A stretch of DNA of 64,000 bases from Andalucia godoyi And28 (GCA_009859145.1 VRVR01000038.1:62001-126000), one strand, 5' to 3'; shown: positions 20,496 to 31,998, numbered from the stretch's first letter. Numbers and translations: made by a program. Notes: generated by a model not told the origin, from the sequence alone.

Positions 20496-22505
20496 ATGGA
20501 AGAGAATCGAGAGGAAAATGGAGACCCGCGTCTGTCGGAGCCGTTTGACGAAGACGCTGCTTTTGCATTCTTGCACTCAAAACATCGCCAGTCTGACCAG
20601 ACGGCACCTGGTGACGGAGTCCGCGAAATTGATCGGAAGATCTACGGAAATGGACGTCAAGAACACAGTCGGGAAGACCATGCAGAGGACGCCGCGGATC
20701 AGACTGGGAATAATGATCATGACGGTCGCAGCAATAATGAAAGACGTGATGATGATGATGATGATCGGGGTGGTGGTGGTGGTGGTGGTGGTGGTGGTGG
20801 TGAGATGGCGCAGCACGAAATAGAAAATGGGATGGACGCGGCTGAGGGAAATGAATATTATGAAGACAGCGATGTTCAGGAAAGTGAGTTCGACTCGGAG
20901 GCAGTTGCAGATCCAACAGAAGAAGTCGATCTGAACCAGCTCCACGAAGTCCTCAACTTGATGAAGGGACAACTGTCAAAACTAGACATTGAGCTGAAGC
21001 AGCAAATGCGCATCATGAAGACACTAACGTCCAAATGGATTTCGTATCAACACACCGCAGTTGATGCACAATCTCTGTCGCAGTCGCAGCTGATAACTCA
21101 GAAAAAGGCGGCATCCAATGCTGGAGCAACAACGGCAACGGCAATTGCCACCTCAACTGGCGGTGCAACGACAACATCGAATGGAGAACGCAGAACATCC
21201 GTTCAAGGTAATAAGAGTGATGCGTCGAGACTTGGGATCCCAAGGGCTTCTTCAACTTCGCTGGACTCGATGGGGTCGCTAAACTCCCCGTCCTGCGAGC
21301 CGCCAAACCGGTCGAGCAGCCCGAGTCGGAAGCTTTCCGTGGTTGTGCCGGAATCAGAAGCCGCATGGGAGCAGCCGCCGAATGCAGGGTATGAGATCTA
21401 CGATGGAGACGCCATGGTAGAACAGGAAATCGAGATTGCTCGAAGGCACATCCGATCGATTACAGACCAGAACAAGAGGCTGTCGAAGGCATTGGAGGAC
21501 GCAAAACACAGAATCCAGCATGGATTCACCATCGATGACAAAGTTGCAAAGCAAACGAGAATCATCGAAGCAAAAAGAAATGAAATTGTTTCCATCCGTC
21601 AGAAGCTCGACAGAATGGAGAAGCTGCTGCATCAAATCGGCGCCGTGAAACAGATCAAAGGAGAACAGGAGGAAAAGCTCATTCGATACCGACACGAAAG
21701 CAAAGCCTTGCAGCAGGAAAACATCATGCTCAGATCGAGAGTTCAGGAACTGGAGGGAAGACTAAATGACACTCAGATTCGGAGCACAAGTTACCTGTCA
21801 AAATCGACACAGAAAGAAATGACGCTCATGGAAGGAAAGCTCATGAAACAAGAAAAAGAGCTGCAAAAGATGAGAACCATGATGCAGGAGAAATACCAGA
21901 TGATCACTGCACAAGACAGTGAGCTTCAGGTGCGACAAAGAAGAATCAAGCAGCTCGAAGTCGAACTCGCCATTCTCGCCGCAGACAAGGAGAAGGTACT
22001 GATTACTCTTCTCGGCGCCCAGGGAAGAGCCGCGGCTGTGGAAGAGAATTTTGAAAAAAAGACGCGGATGGCAGAACACCTCTTTCGAAAGAAGGAAATC
22101 GAGATGCAAAAGCGAGAGTCTGTTTTCAAAGAGTACAATGCCAAAGTGGATGCAGGCGTGTCCCTTATTCAGGACGTCTCCCAGCACTTGCAGGAGGCAG
22201 TGAAGGAGGCATCGAGCAATGCTTTCGCAGAAAACAAGATCTGCGGTTTGGACAAGCGAGAAGCCGCAACACTGAATTCGGTATTCACTAAGAAGATCGA
22301 AGTGTTCTTTGACATCGTCAAGCGTCTGCATGACAAGGCAAAAGAAACGTCCAAGGTCTGTTTGTCTGCAACGGAGAAGATTACAGGTGATCCCGCCTAC
22401 TCGATGTATGTAGTGAAAGACGCAAGCGACATTAAGGCTGGGTGGAAGCACACCTCGTCGAATCCATTCGTACCGTCGACGCCAGAATCCGACCAGCCGG
22501 CTTGA
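20496..22505 (+). CDS. Hypothetical long coiled-coil protein
   Basis: 669-aa ORF, E/K/Q/R-rich heptad pattern, poly-D/poly-G N-terminus; no family recognised. Confidence 0.75.
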   Translation: MEENREENGDPRLSEPFDEDAAFAFLHSKHRQSDQTAPGDGVREIDRKIYGNGRQEHSREDHAEDAADQTGNNDHDGRSNNERRDDDDDDRGGGGGGGGGGGEMAQHEIENGMDAAEGNEYYEDSDVQESEFDSEAVADPTEEVDLNQLHEVLNLMKGQLSKLDIELKQQMRIMKTLTSKWISYQHTAVDAQSLSQSQLITQKKAASNAGATTATAIATSTGGATTTSNGERRTSVQGNKSDASRLGIPRASSTSLDSMGSLNSPSCEPPNRSSSPSRKLSVVVPESEAAWEQPPNAGYEIYDGDAMVEQEIEIARRHIRSITDQNKRLSKALEDAKHRIQHGFTIDDKVAKQTRIIEAKRNEIVSIRQKLDRMEKLLHQIGAVKQIKGEQEEKLIRYRHESKALQQENIMLRSRVQELEGRLNDTQIRSTSYLSKSTQKEMTLMEGKLMKQEKELQKMRTMMQEKYQMITAQDSELQVRQRRIKQLEVELAILAADKEKVLITLLGAQGRAAAVEENFEKKTRMAEHLFRKKEIEMQKRESVFKEYNAKVDAGVSLIQDVSQHLQEAVKEASSNAFAENKICGLDKREAATLNSVFTKKIEVFFDIVKRLHDKAKETSKVCLSATEKITGDPAYSMYVVKDASDIKAGWKHTSSNPFVPSTPESDQPA

Positions 22506-22519
22506 CCAACTGTCACACG

Positions 22520-22541
22520 CCCCCCCCCCCCCCCCCCCCCC
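22520..22541. repeat. 22-nt poly-C tract between convergent 3' ends
   Basis: Direct read. Confidence 0.9.
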
Positions 22542-22658
22542 GACGCTTGGATAGCGGTTCTTTTTTGAATGTGGACGGGTTCAGCCAAGCTGAGAGACCG
22601 CGACAATACAACCCCAACCCCAAAAACCCCCGCCTCCCCCCTTGTCCAAATACCCCTT

Positions 22659-24113
22659 TCAATTCCCGGACGTCGTCGAACGGTCACCATGATTCTCGAT
22701 CTCTAAACCATGCAAACCAAGATCTTCATCTTGTTCGAAGGTACGGTCATATTCCTCAACTAGCAAGCGCGAATCGACATCCGGCGGACATACACTCTGA
22801 ATGTAGGAATTTGCACAGGGGTCATCCAAGATGATAGTGAACGGTGTTGTAAAGCTGCAAAGCAAGTCCAGTTTTTCACAAAACGAGGCTAGCTTGGACC
22901 TGCGGTCTGCAGCAGCAGAGTCCCCGGCGGCAAACGGAGTTAAATCTCGCAGTTGTTCCAAACACTTGCGCAAGAAACCTTCTAATGTGGTGAAGAACGC
23001 CCCCAAGGTCCCCGGGGCAAGCTCAAAATCGATCTCTGGGATCCTGACGAATGCCGTGTCACTTTTCAGGAAATCGCGATTCATATCAACTCGACCGGTC
23101 ACGCACAACACGAATCGCTTTCCGCGAGGTGGGATCGCCCCAATATCTTTGATTTCTGTCGACCGGTAATCACATTCTTTGCATCGGTATGACATGATCA
23201 GTGCCTCTTTGAAATGCGGAATCCTTGTCAACAGCATCTGAACGGGAGTACTTCCGCTCCGGCACGAAGGACAATTAGTCTGGAACGTCATGACTTCCCT
23301 GGTATCCTCTAAAACGCTAAACAGCAGATGATCTACAAGTTGATCGTCCACCTTGGCTCCCGCGCAGCCTGTTTTCACATCGGCCATTTTTTCCCACTCC
23401 AAAACCAATGCTGCGTTTTGCACACTCTCCAGCATATGTTCGTGTTTGCGGATTCCCAATGCGAGATCTTGCGCTGAAGTGCGTCTGAATTGCTCTCTGG
23501 TCAGTAATGGATCACCGCCACTGGGAGCAAACGGGCTTTCGACATAGGAATTCCCACTGGGATCCTCCAAAATGAATGTGAATTGGGTGTCTCCTTTCAC
23601 CAAATTGCGAAGTCGCAGAAGAAAGGCCTCGATGCGCTCTGCCATCTGTGGATCGACCCGCTTCCTTGCGTCTTGGCCTTCTGCCAGCGCATCATGTGCA
23701 GTTTGCAAGACTCCCTCCACTGTGCTCAGCAACCCTCTTTGTGTCTGTGCTGGAATTTCGAGATCAATCTCTGGAATGCGCACCAATGCATGATCAGACT
23801 TGACGACTTGGCGATCGAGCTCCAACCGAGACTTCACCGACAGCACATACCTGCAGCCCTGGTCCGCAAACTCGCCTCCAAATTGCATGTCTGTGTTCCT
23901 AAACCCACACTGATCACATAAAAAACTCGACAATATAATCTCTCGAAAATGCGGGATCCTCGTCAGCAACAACCGCGTCTCTCCCTGTTCGCCACACCCC
24001 ATGCATACCGAAGACACTGAAATAGGCAGGTCATCCTTTACAGTTCCTTCCCCTTGCTCTCGCTCCAGCTGCTCATCTTCCTCGAGATTGAGTACCGAAT
24101 CACCTGATTCCAT
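22659..24113 (-). CDS. ZPR1: Zinc finger protein ZPR1
   Basis: Two CxxC...CxxC modules (CMGC..CDQC; CPSC..CKEC), TRIPHFRE/KE, LEDPSGNSY and LDDPCANSYIQ; start MESGDS at 24113. Confidence 0.95.
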   Translation of the reverse strand: MESGDSVLNLEEDEQLEREQGEGTVKDDLPISVSSVCMGCGEQGETRLLLTRIPHFREIILSSFLCDQCGFRNTDMQFGGEFADQGCRYVLSVKSRLELDRQVVKSDHALVRIPEIDLEIPAQTQRGLLSTVEGVLQTAHDALAEGQDARKRVDPQMAERIEAFLLRLRNLVKGDTQFTFILEDPSGNSYVESPFAPSGGDPLLTREQFRRTSAQDLALGIRKHEHMLESVQNAALVLEWEKMADVKTGCAGAKVDDQLVDHLLFSVLEDTREVMTFQTNCPSCRSGSTPVQMLLTRIPHFKEALIMSYRCKECDYRSTEIKDIGAIPPRGKRFVLCVTGRVDMNRDFLKSDTAFVRIPEIDFELAPGTLGAFFTTLEGFLRKCLEQLRDLTPFAAGDSAAADRRSKLASFCEKLDLLCSFTTPFTIILDDPCANSYIQSVCPPDVDSRLLVEEYDRTFEQDEDLGLHGLEIENHGDRSTTSGN

Positions 24114-24502
24114 GTTCCTTCCAACAAACAACCACCAGAACAGTCCCTTTGAGTAAAAGCTACACACGCACGCACGCACGCACGCACGAAAGAAGGTGAG
24201 AAAAGGTGAGAAGAGCACATACTGCTGCACAGACGATTGTCGGGAGTTTATCTATTTTGAGCTTTGCGGGGAAATTCCTCCCTTTGGTTGATGCTGGGAC
24301 CGCCGTGCACGCCGAGTTTGAGTCGTACAAACGCGAAAAAATAACAAACTCATCAATTTCAGATTAGACAGACTGATACATAAGATTCTCTCTGCTTTTT
24401 TCGTCTTCTTCGCTGTACATTACACTGCAAAATTTTGGTTATTATTAATCTTTTTTCTCCTTTATTAGTGTGCGCGTGTGGGGGGTGTATTTTGTGCTTC
24501 GA

Positions 24503-25543
24503 ATGTCTGCTGTCGCTCAAGATTCTCGGGACCGTGTCGTGACGTTTGTCGGTGGAGGGTATGTTTCGTTTCTGTCCGTTCTGAAATTTTCAGGTTGTCA
24601 TTCTTTTTGCCTCGATCTAATTATGTGTGTTATTGCTATTGGGTGTTGGTGGTGTAGGCTTGGTGGTGCAGTTGGAGCGTTCATGACGAATCCGTTGGAT
24701 GTGGTCCGGACTCGGTTCCAAGCGAGAGTAAAATCTGATGTTACACAGCTTGCACAGACGTACCGATTCGCGACATTGCATGCCGTTCGGCTCATTGCAA
24801 AGACGGAAGGAGTTCCAGGGCTGTTCCGTGGATTGACACCGAATTTAGTTGGAATTGTGCCTTCGCGATCTATTTACTTTGCCACCTATTCGTCGACGAA
24901 AGGATTTTTGTTGCAACATTACCAGAAGAAAGAGAACTGGATCACACATGCGCTGTCGGCGTGCACTGCGAGCATTGTGACGTCGACCGCAGTGAATCCG
25001 ATATGGGTCATCAAGGTGCGGTTGCAGCTTCAAAGTACAAATTCGCAGCTGTTTGGAAGCGGGAGTCAAGGACAGATGTACAATGGTTATCTGGATGCGT
25101 TTTCAAGGATATTCCGTGAAGAAGGGTTTCGTGCGTTTTACAAGGGGCTCGGAGCGTCGATGCTGGGTATTTCCGAGACCGTAATTCAGTTTCTGATGTA
25201 TGAAAAAATGCGAGCATTGGTGAAGGAGCGGCGCGACCCTACTCCAGTGGACAATCTATTCGTAGGAGGACTTTCAAAGTTTTGTGCTTCGTCCATCACG
25301 TATCCGCATGAAGTTCTGCGCACAAGGATGAGAGAACAACGGACGCATGCTGGATCGCTTGTTAAACCAATGGGGTTGCTGCAAATGTCGTCGTTCATTC
25401 TCAAGGAAGAGGGTCTGGCGGCTTTCTATGGAGGATTTGGACCGCATATGCTGCGCGTTGTTCCAAATACTGCAATCATCTTTGCAGTGTTTGAACTCGT
25501 CGTCAGGGTCTTTGGATCAAGCACTATGAGAGACGCCAGATAG
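24503..25543 (+). CDS. Mitochondrial pyrimidine nucleotide carrier (SLC25A33/36, Rim2-like); one intron
   Basis: Exons 24503-24558 and 24658-25543 (GTATGT...TAG, phase 2); carrier signatures PLDVVRTR, PIWVIKVR, PHEVLRTR. Confidence 0.9.
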   Translation: MSAVAQDSRDRVVTFVGGGYVSFLSVLKFSGCHSFCLDLIMCVIAIGCWWCRLGGAVGAFMTNPLDVVRTRFQARVKSDVTQLAQTYRFATLHAVRLIAKTEGVPGLFRGLTPNLVGIVPSRSIYFATYSSTKGFLLQHYQKKENWITHALSACTASIVTSTAVNPIWVIKVRLQLQSTNSQLFGSGSQGQMYNGYLDAFSRIFREEGFRAFYKGLGASMLGISETVIQFLMYEKMRALVKERRDPTPVDNLFVGGLSKFCASSITYPHEVLRTRMREQRTHAGSLVKPMGLLQMSSFILKEEGLAAFYGGFGPHMLRVVPNTAIIFAVFELVVRVFGSSTMRDAR

Positions 25544-25577
25544 TTCCTCCTGTCTTTTCATTCACTCATTCTCATAT

Positions 25578-25579
25578 TC

Positions 25580-25651
<72 letters not shown>
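25578..25651. repeat. Compound (CT)n(CA)n microsatellite
   Basis: Direct read; similar tracts at 31935-31998, 6148-6172 and 59170-59222. Confidence 0.92.
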
Positions 25652-26449
25652 CTTTTTAATTGTCCTGTTTTCTGTTTTTCCCCGCCTCGGTTCAATATAG
25701 ATCATGTACATACATTCATTGGCTATAAGACGTTCATACATGGATGCATATATGTGTGCTTCCTTTGCTTTCTATTTCTTTTTTTCCTGTTGTTCATTTG
25801 CTGTTTTTGCGTGGCGCAGGGGTATCTTTTCGCATGCGCATCTGACGAATCTTTTTCATGGCGACTCTGTCTTCGTGTGCTTCTTGGCGAAAGTCTTGAG
25901 CCTTATGTGCGCGTGCTATCATTCTCACACACTGTCCCCAGTTAGGAGCAAGCGTGACACTTCATTTACAAAACATTAATTGACCCATACCAATCTGTGT
26001 TTCCACCTGCTGCGTGCTTTCTTCTTTTTCTCTCTTTTTTTTTTTTGGTTCGGCTCCATGCTAGCGAGTCCGGTCAACACCGACAAGAATGGTCACTATC
26101 ATCAATCCTGCGCCAAATCTCTACTGGATTGGTTGTCACATTTTCGCTCCGATCACCAAAACATGAATCACTACTGATCATCGGCTTAGCGGTCACCAAA
26201 GACAGATCCAAGCCTCGCGTTTTTTGTTTTTTGTTTTTGTTTTTGGGCTATTTTATTTGGGGCGAGCACCACCTCTTCCATGCAGTCAAAGGATCATCGC
26301 AACCAAACCTATTCCCCAATCGATTCAACATTCATAAAATAAACGTTGGAGGAAACAGAATGTAGTCGGCGAACGCCGCCGCGCCGGACGACGCTTTTGC
26401 CTTTGCTCCTTCTTGTTCTCTGACCTGAAAGCGCATTCCAAACGCAATC

Positions 26450-26666
26450 GATCACTTCTTCGTGATCTGATGATCATCCGCCTGCTCAGCAAGTTGCGAC
26501 GAGAGGGGAATCAACGGGTTTCGTGGTTCTCGGTGTCTTCGGGCATGGCCGGACTGAGTTTGTTGGGAAGACCCCTCTTCGGAGGCATGCGATGTGTTTT
26601 GTCTTTGTCTCTGGTGAAAGGTGCTGCTTGAGGGTTCGATTATAAATATAAGAAACAAACAGAAAA
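26450..26666 (-). repeat. Dispersed repeat, copy A (inverse of 63784-64000)
   Basis: 217 bp with 2 mismatches to the reverse complement of 63784-64000; additional diverged similarity 26698-26807 vs 63635-63752. Confidence 0.9.
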
Positions 26667-26933
26667 TAATAGAAAGGCGTGAAAAGGTGAGGAATGAAGA
26701 AATTCTGGACTTAACGACGGTAAGAACATCGCGTCCCCGCAAGGTTGAATAAGCAAACTTCCGGTTTTGATCTTGTTTGTTTGACGTTCAATGTTGATCC
26801 GCAAAGCTGCCAGCTGTTTCCATTTCCTTTTCCGTTTTTCAGCTTCAGTTTGAGAAGTAGTTTTAGTTTTAGTTTATTATTTGGCTTTGGACAGAAGGGA
26901 GTGTTATATGATATTTTTCTTAAAAAAAAGAAA

Positions 26934-28448
26934 ATGGTTTCCGAGATGAAAAATGAGAAGCACCAAGAATCGGCTCAGTTGATCTCCAAAAACAGCGATT
27001 CTAGCACAATACCAAGCACTGTGAGAAGCAGTAGCAGCATCAGCAGTAGCCACAGCAACAATGCGCAAGCGGAAGAGTCGACGTTTATGTTCTCGTTTGT
27101 CTTCTTCATGCTTGGACTGGCTGCAGCATCTCCATTCAAGTCCTTCACAACTGCAGTTGACTTTTTCCAGGTTCGGTTTCCACACTACAAGATGGAATTC
27201 ATCATCTCGTTTGTCTATTCTGCGACATCGGTTCCAACGCTTTTGTTTATGGTGCGCCGTGGGTTCAAGCTTAGCTACGATGTGCGAATCTATGTCTTCC
27301 TCGTGGTTGCATTCTTATCCGTGGCAATGATCCCTGTTATTGATTTCTCAAGGCCTCCCAACTGTCCATTCGCGCTTTCGTCCATGCTTTTCTGTGTGTT
27401 CATCAGCGGAATTGCAGCCGGAGTGTTGTATCCGTCGTTCTTTGGACTGGCCTCGTCATTCCCGCGTACAGCTACCGTGTACATGATGACCGGCCTTGGG
27501 CTTGCAGGTCTGACCATTATCATTGCACGAATAGGGACGAAAGCATCGATGGCCCAGAATGATGACTCAATTCGAACAGCGTCGTATATTTACTTTGCAA
27601 TCTCTGCATTCACGATATTCTGCTCATTATTGTCGTACATTTGGCTGCGGACATCGGAAAGCAGTACCCCATACATCAAGGATCTGACCAACAAGAAGAA
27701 GGCCGTTGCAAAAGAAGAAACAACAAGTCTTTTGGGAACGAACAAACAAGGATCCATCAACAGAGAGCGTGAGCAGCTTGAGGAGCTGCGTTCGGATACC
27801 TTGGCGAACGGAGACTCAGCCGTCGATGCAAAGAGCGGCGTCGCGGTTGCAGTTATGGTTGCGCAGACAGAGGTGGGCAATGTCCCTGTCAATGCGGGGT
27901 CGAACAAGAAATTGGCGTATGGGGACATTCACAAACGAGTGTTTTGGACCGGCTCTGCCCTGTGCTTCAACATGGTCGTCACTTCTTCCTGCTTTCCCGG
28001 ACTCGTCACCGAAATCCCTTCGACGGATCCGCACTTGCAAAAGACAAAGTGGTTCTCGATCTTTTGTGTCACAGCATTTGTGGTTGGCGACTCCATTGGA
28101 CGGTTTTCGCCGTACTTCATCAAGGATATCGGAAAGCGGTTTTCAGATTTGCGCCTATGGATTCTTGTTTCCATCCGCTTGTTATCGATTCCCCTGTTCT
28201 GGATCTGCATCCATCCCCGAGTGATCCAGTCAGATCCACTTGTCTATGTCTTTGTTCTCTACTTTTCTCTCACAAACGGAATTGCGGTGTCGGCGTGCTC
28301 TTCAGCTGTTCCGCTTCGTGTCTCCACGCCAGAAGAACGAAGACTAGCGGGAACATTTGCAAGTTTGTGTCTCAATGGTGGTATTTTCATTGGCTCTGTT
28401 GTCGCAATCGGACTTTTGTATGCCATTTCAGGGGTGCTTCCGTTCTAA
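26934..28448 (+). CDS. Equilibrative nucleoside transporter (SLC29/ENT)
   Basis: About 11 TM helices, FMLGLAAASPF, SCFPGL, GDSIGR, SLTNG, GIFIGS; start MVSEMK at 26934. Confidence 0.9.
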   Translation: MVSEMKNEKHQESAQLISKNSDSSTIPSTVRSSSSISSSHSNNAQAEESTFMFSFVFFMLGLAAASPFKSFTTAVDFFQVRFPHYKMEFIISFVYSATSVPTLLFMVRRGFKLSYDVRIYVFLVVAFLSVAMIPVIDFSRPPNCPFALSSMLFCVFISGIAAGVLYPSFFGLASSFPRTATVYMMTGLGLAGLTIIIARIGTKASMAQNDDSIRTASYIYFAISAFTIFCSLLSYIWLRTSESSTPYIKDLTNKKKAVAKEETTSLLGTNKQGSINREREQLEELRSDTLANGDSAVDAKSGVAVAVMVAQTEVGNVPVNAGSNKKLAYGDIHKRVFWTGSALCFNMVVTSSCFPGLVTEIPSTDPHLQKTKWFSIFCVTAFVVGDSIGRFSPYFIKDIGKRFSDLRLWILVSIRLLSIPLFWICIHPRVIQSDPLVYVFVLYFSLTNGIAVSACSSAVPLRVSTPEERRLAGTFASLCLNGGIFIGSVVAIGLLYAISGVLPF

Positions 28449-28997
28449 CATCGATCCGTGCCGTCATTTCCGCCGTGGTTGTCGTATTGATGTTGATATT
28501 GATATTTGAGTGCGTTCATCCTAGATCCGACAGCAACTCCGTATGCACTGCACTATTTTATGAACTGAAAATCGAAAATACAGTAAATCTGTGCACGAAG
28601 CAGTCATTGGCGATTTCATCATTTCCCGTTCCTTTGGCGCATCCACAGGGGTCATCGATGTTTGAGACAGATGGATTCTGTCTCTTCGACAGCCCGCGGG
28701 AAGCCGAAGCCAAATAATCGTGGACGAATTCCGCACCGAACATCCGGCAGCGCTGCACTGGACCTCGACCTGCACACCTGTGCCGCAGCGACGGAGACAG
28801 CCAGGCAACAACTGGTGTTCAGCGGCAAAAGCAGCTGCATCGCACCGCACGTAGTCCATGCTGCTGTTGCATTTCGACAGCGCGGTCGACGGCTGTCAAA
28901 CGCATCCATTGCATAGCAGCATAAAATAGCAGTGGAATCGTCTGAAACCGTTTTCCTGACGCAACATTGTTTTCTGTATTGGCATTTTACGCGGGCG

Positions 28998-29399
28998 ATG
29001 AGCGGAGCGTCTACTTCGCCACCTGCGGATCCGCTGATCATGTATGTGATCATGCGGCAGGATCTGGAGTGGCCGCGAGGCGCGCTGATTTCCCAAGGAT
29101 GCCACGCAGCCACGGCGCTGACGGTCGACCTGATGCGAAGCCCTGGACCGACAGCTGCTGAAAAAGAGGCTGCTGAGGAGTATTTTGCAAACTTGGACTC
29201 AATGCACAAGGTTTGCGTTTCGTCGCCATCAAAAGAGCATCTCGAGCAAATTTCACAGCAGCTCTCAACTGCTGGAGTTCGACACAAGCTCTGGATCGAG
29301 CAGCCGGAAAATATTCCTTCATGCATTGCAACGGCTCCGATGCTCAAGTCGGTCGCAAAGAAGCTGGACTTCCTTCGCAAGCTCAAACTCTTTTCTTGA
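28998..29399 (+). CDS. PTRHD1: PTH2-family peptidyl-tRNA hydrolase domain protein (PTRHD1-like)
   Basis: MYVIMRQDLEWPRGALISQGCHA, MHKVC, HKLWIEQPENIPSCIAT, KLKLF. Confidence 0.88.
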   Translation: MSGASTSPPADPLIMYVIMRQDLEWPRGALISQGCHAATALTVDLMRSPGPTAAEKEAAEEYFANLDSMHKVCVSSPSKEHLEQISQQLSTAGVRHKLWIEQPENIPSCIATAPMLKSVAKKLDFLRKLKLFS

Positions 29400-29714
29400 T
29401 CCCGTGAAGACCAGGAGACGTGGATGAATGGGTGTCCTTCGCTGCATTGTGCGGTTCCAGTTATTTTAATTTAGGATGACCCAGAGTGACAGGCGATAAA
29501 ACAACAGCATGCCAAAGTGGGGAAAGATGGGGCAATGAAAGCATATCAAAGGCTGTTTTTTAATATGAAATAGCGTGGGCTCGTTTCATCTGTAAAAATG
29601 GAGGAGGAAAGGGGGGGGGCAAAGTTGGGTAAGAATATTCAAGGGCATAACGTGCACAAAGACGGAGAAAGAGAAAGACTGGCCAGGCAAAGCAAGGCAA
29701 GTCTATGCAAGAGG

Positions 29715-30896
29715 TTATCTCCTGACAGCGGTCCGCGGACGAACTTGTGAAACCGGTTTTCCATCAATGCGCAGCTGCGAAGGCGTAAACAGCTGACTGG
29801 TTTCGTAATGCTGCTCGGATGATTGGTCCACACAGACCTTTTGACGGGCCCATGCTTCTCGAGGAGCATCGAGCAACGATCCGACGCGGACTGCATCTGC
29901 TGACACATTGTACAAGGAAACTACACTCCGGCTCCCGTCCGACACATTTTCGACAATGCACACCAGCGGAGTTGCATCAGATCCCGACACTATCCACACC
30001 ACTTTCCCAACTCCGGAAAACGCACTCCATGAAATTCCGCCACCACCGCCTCCTCTGCCGCCACTCGCACTTGCACTGGATGAGAATGTGGATGCAGACA
30101 GAGACACTGTCTGGATCGCACGAAGCGTCTGTGCAAATCTCGTTTTGCACTCGTCGATCATATCTTTTGCATATTCGATTCCCGATGACTGAAACTGCGC
30201 GATTGCCGCATCGAATCGTTCCAGATAAAAGTAGATTTGTCCGCGATTGTACAACAATTCCGGTGCACTCAGTCCCATTTTCTCGGCTTGTGCATACGCT
30301 CGCAATGCATTTTCAAGCTCCATATGTGCCAACTCACAGGTTCCCAGTACATACCATGCTTCAGCATGACGCGGATTCAGCGCGACTGCGTCCTTCGCAA
30401 GTGAAATGGAGCCCAAAACACGAGCTTTTTGCTGCAGCGCATCTCGCAGCGCAGACTTCCTCTCCGAGCTCCCAATGCTTCTTGCAATTTCCATCCAGCT
30501 TTTCTTTCTTGTCGAACTGTCCGCCGCAGCATTGTTGCTGTTTGGTTCGTTTGGTTCGGGACAAAAGAGGCTCAAAACATGGTCATAGCATTGGACCGCA
30601 ACGTTCTTGTCATTCTTCACAGCCAAGTACGCATTTCCAAGAGCGACGAGAGCATCTGGAAATTGCGGATCAAACTTCACGGCTGCAGAAAGGAATTCGA
30701 GCGACTGCTGTTTTTTCACCGGATCTGGATGCAGAAGAAGCAAGATGCCCCGGAGATACGCGGCCTTTCCCTTCATGTGCGATGGAATAGGAGACGATAA
30801 TAAGGGACACGCGAGAAGTCTGTCGAGATGCGACGCGTCCCCACACGAAGACTCGGAGGCCAACCGAACACTCGCTTCGAATGATGCCCAGTCCAT
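29715..30896 (-). CDS. TTC5: Tetratricopeptide repeat protein 5-like
   Basis: TPRs (AVKFDP..DALVALG, WYVLG, YNRGQIYFYLERF) followed by an OB-like C-terminus (PLVCIV..SVVSLYN). Confidence 0.72.
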   Translation of the reverse strand: MDWASFEASVRLASESSCGDASHLDRLLACPLLSSPIPSHMKGKAAYLRGILLLLHPDPVKKQQSLEFLSAAVKFDPQFPDALVALGNAYLAVKNDKNVAVQCYDHVLSLFCPEPNEPNSNNAAADSSTRKKSWMEIARSIGSSERKSALRDALQQKARVLGSISLAKDAVALNPRHAEAWYVLGTCELAHMELENALRAYAQAEKMGLSAPELLYNRGQIYFYLERFDAAIAQFQSSGIEYAKDMIDECKTRFAQTLRAIQTVSLSASTFSSSASASGGRGGGGGGISWSAFSGVGKVVWIVSGSDATPLVCIVENVSDGSRSVVSLYNVSADAVRVGSLLDAPREAWARQKVCVDQSSEQHYETSQLFTPSQLRIDGKPVSQVRPRTAVRR

Positions 30897-31169
30897 TCCT
30901 CGTTGCGAATGTAATCCTCCCAATTCCCCAAAATGTATAAATAAATAAATTAATTAAACAAACAAATGAATAAATAATTGAATAAAAAGAACAGAAAAAA
31001 CCTAATACAAAAAAGCAAGAAACCAAATCACAAGCAACTTGGGTGGGTGATTTATCGTTGACAGATGTCGATATTTGGAGTATTTGGGCGGGAAAAAAAG
31101 CGGGGGTGCGTTATCACAAGTACGAGCGTTTTACTGTAACGTGTTTGACAGATGATGCGAGAGGTCCAT

Positions 31170-31904
31170 TCATTCTTGCCGGGCGTCGTCTTGGTCGAGA
31201 GGGATGGCATCTCCGGCAGCGGGTGCGGCCTGAGTGATGTGGAACGGGACTCTGTTAAAGTGGAATCGTGAGAGAGCTTCCGGGATCTTTGCAATGTGCG
31301 ATCCGTATCTCTTTGGATTGTCGTACAGATGGAACAACGGGACGGCGAACATTTTGAAGTTGCGGGGGACATGAAACTCAAACGAGGCTGGAAGAGCGCA
31401 AATGTAGAGCTTGCGGACTTCCTTTGGCGATGTGATGTGCGGTGGGCAGTATGGGTACATCAGATTTTCAAAGTTGGGACGGTACCACACGGCCACAAGC
31501 TCGCCAATGGACACTCGTCGGCGAATAGGATCTTCCGCAGCCGCAGTCACAGCCGTAGTCGCCGCATTGGCGAAGCTGGGTGGACCGAGGCGTTTGGTGA
31601 GTTTGCGGTAGAGGCAGTCGTGCTCCGACTCGTCTGGTCTGCATCGACCGCCAGGAAGCTTGAAGAACGTGTTGCCGATCTGCAGCACGAGAACATGCGG
31701 ATGCTGATGCACGTGCACGATAAGCAGCGCTTCCACCGTGCGACGCGCCCCGCGGTTGTAGTATAGCTCCCGATGACGCGCCATCCGCGCAGCCACCGAC
31801 GTGTCCTTCTCGGGCTGCGCATCCTTGTACGAGAACGCATACTGTCGCACATCGTAAATGTCATAGGATGATACGTGCTGCGCAGACGCAGACGCAGAGC
31901 TCAT
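31170..31904 (-). CDS. NUDT21: Cleavage factor Im 25 kDa subunit
   Basis: EKDTSVAARM, RRTVEALLIVHVHQHPHVLVLQIGNTFFKLPGG, WYRPNFE..YPYCPPHIT, VPLFHLYDN; start MSSASA at 31904. Confidence 0.95.
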   Translation of the reverse strand: MSSASASAQHVSSYDIYDVRQYAFSYKDAQPEKDTSVAARMARHRELYYNRGARRTVEALLIVHVHQHPHVLVLQIGNTFFKLPGGRCRPDESEHDCLYRKLTKRLGPPSFANAATTAVTAAAEDPIRRRVSIGELVAVWYRPNFENLMYPYCPPHITSPKEVRKLYICALPASFEFHVPRNFKMFAVPLFHLYDNPKRYGSHIAKIPEALSRFHFNRVPFHITQAAPAAGDAIPLDQDDARQE

Positions 31905-31930
31905 CGTATCAAATGTGTCGGATTTGATAT

Positions 31931-31998
<68 letters not shown>

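Noticed and set aside
26633-26640. tRNA T-loop-like GGTTCGAT
   Set aside because: No T-stem, acceptor stem or cloverleaf around it; I found no tRNA or rRNA genes in the window.
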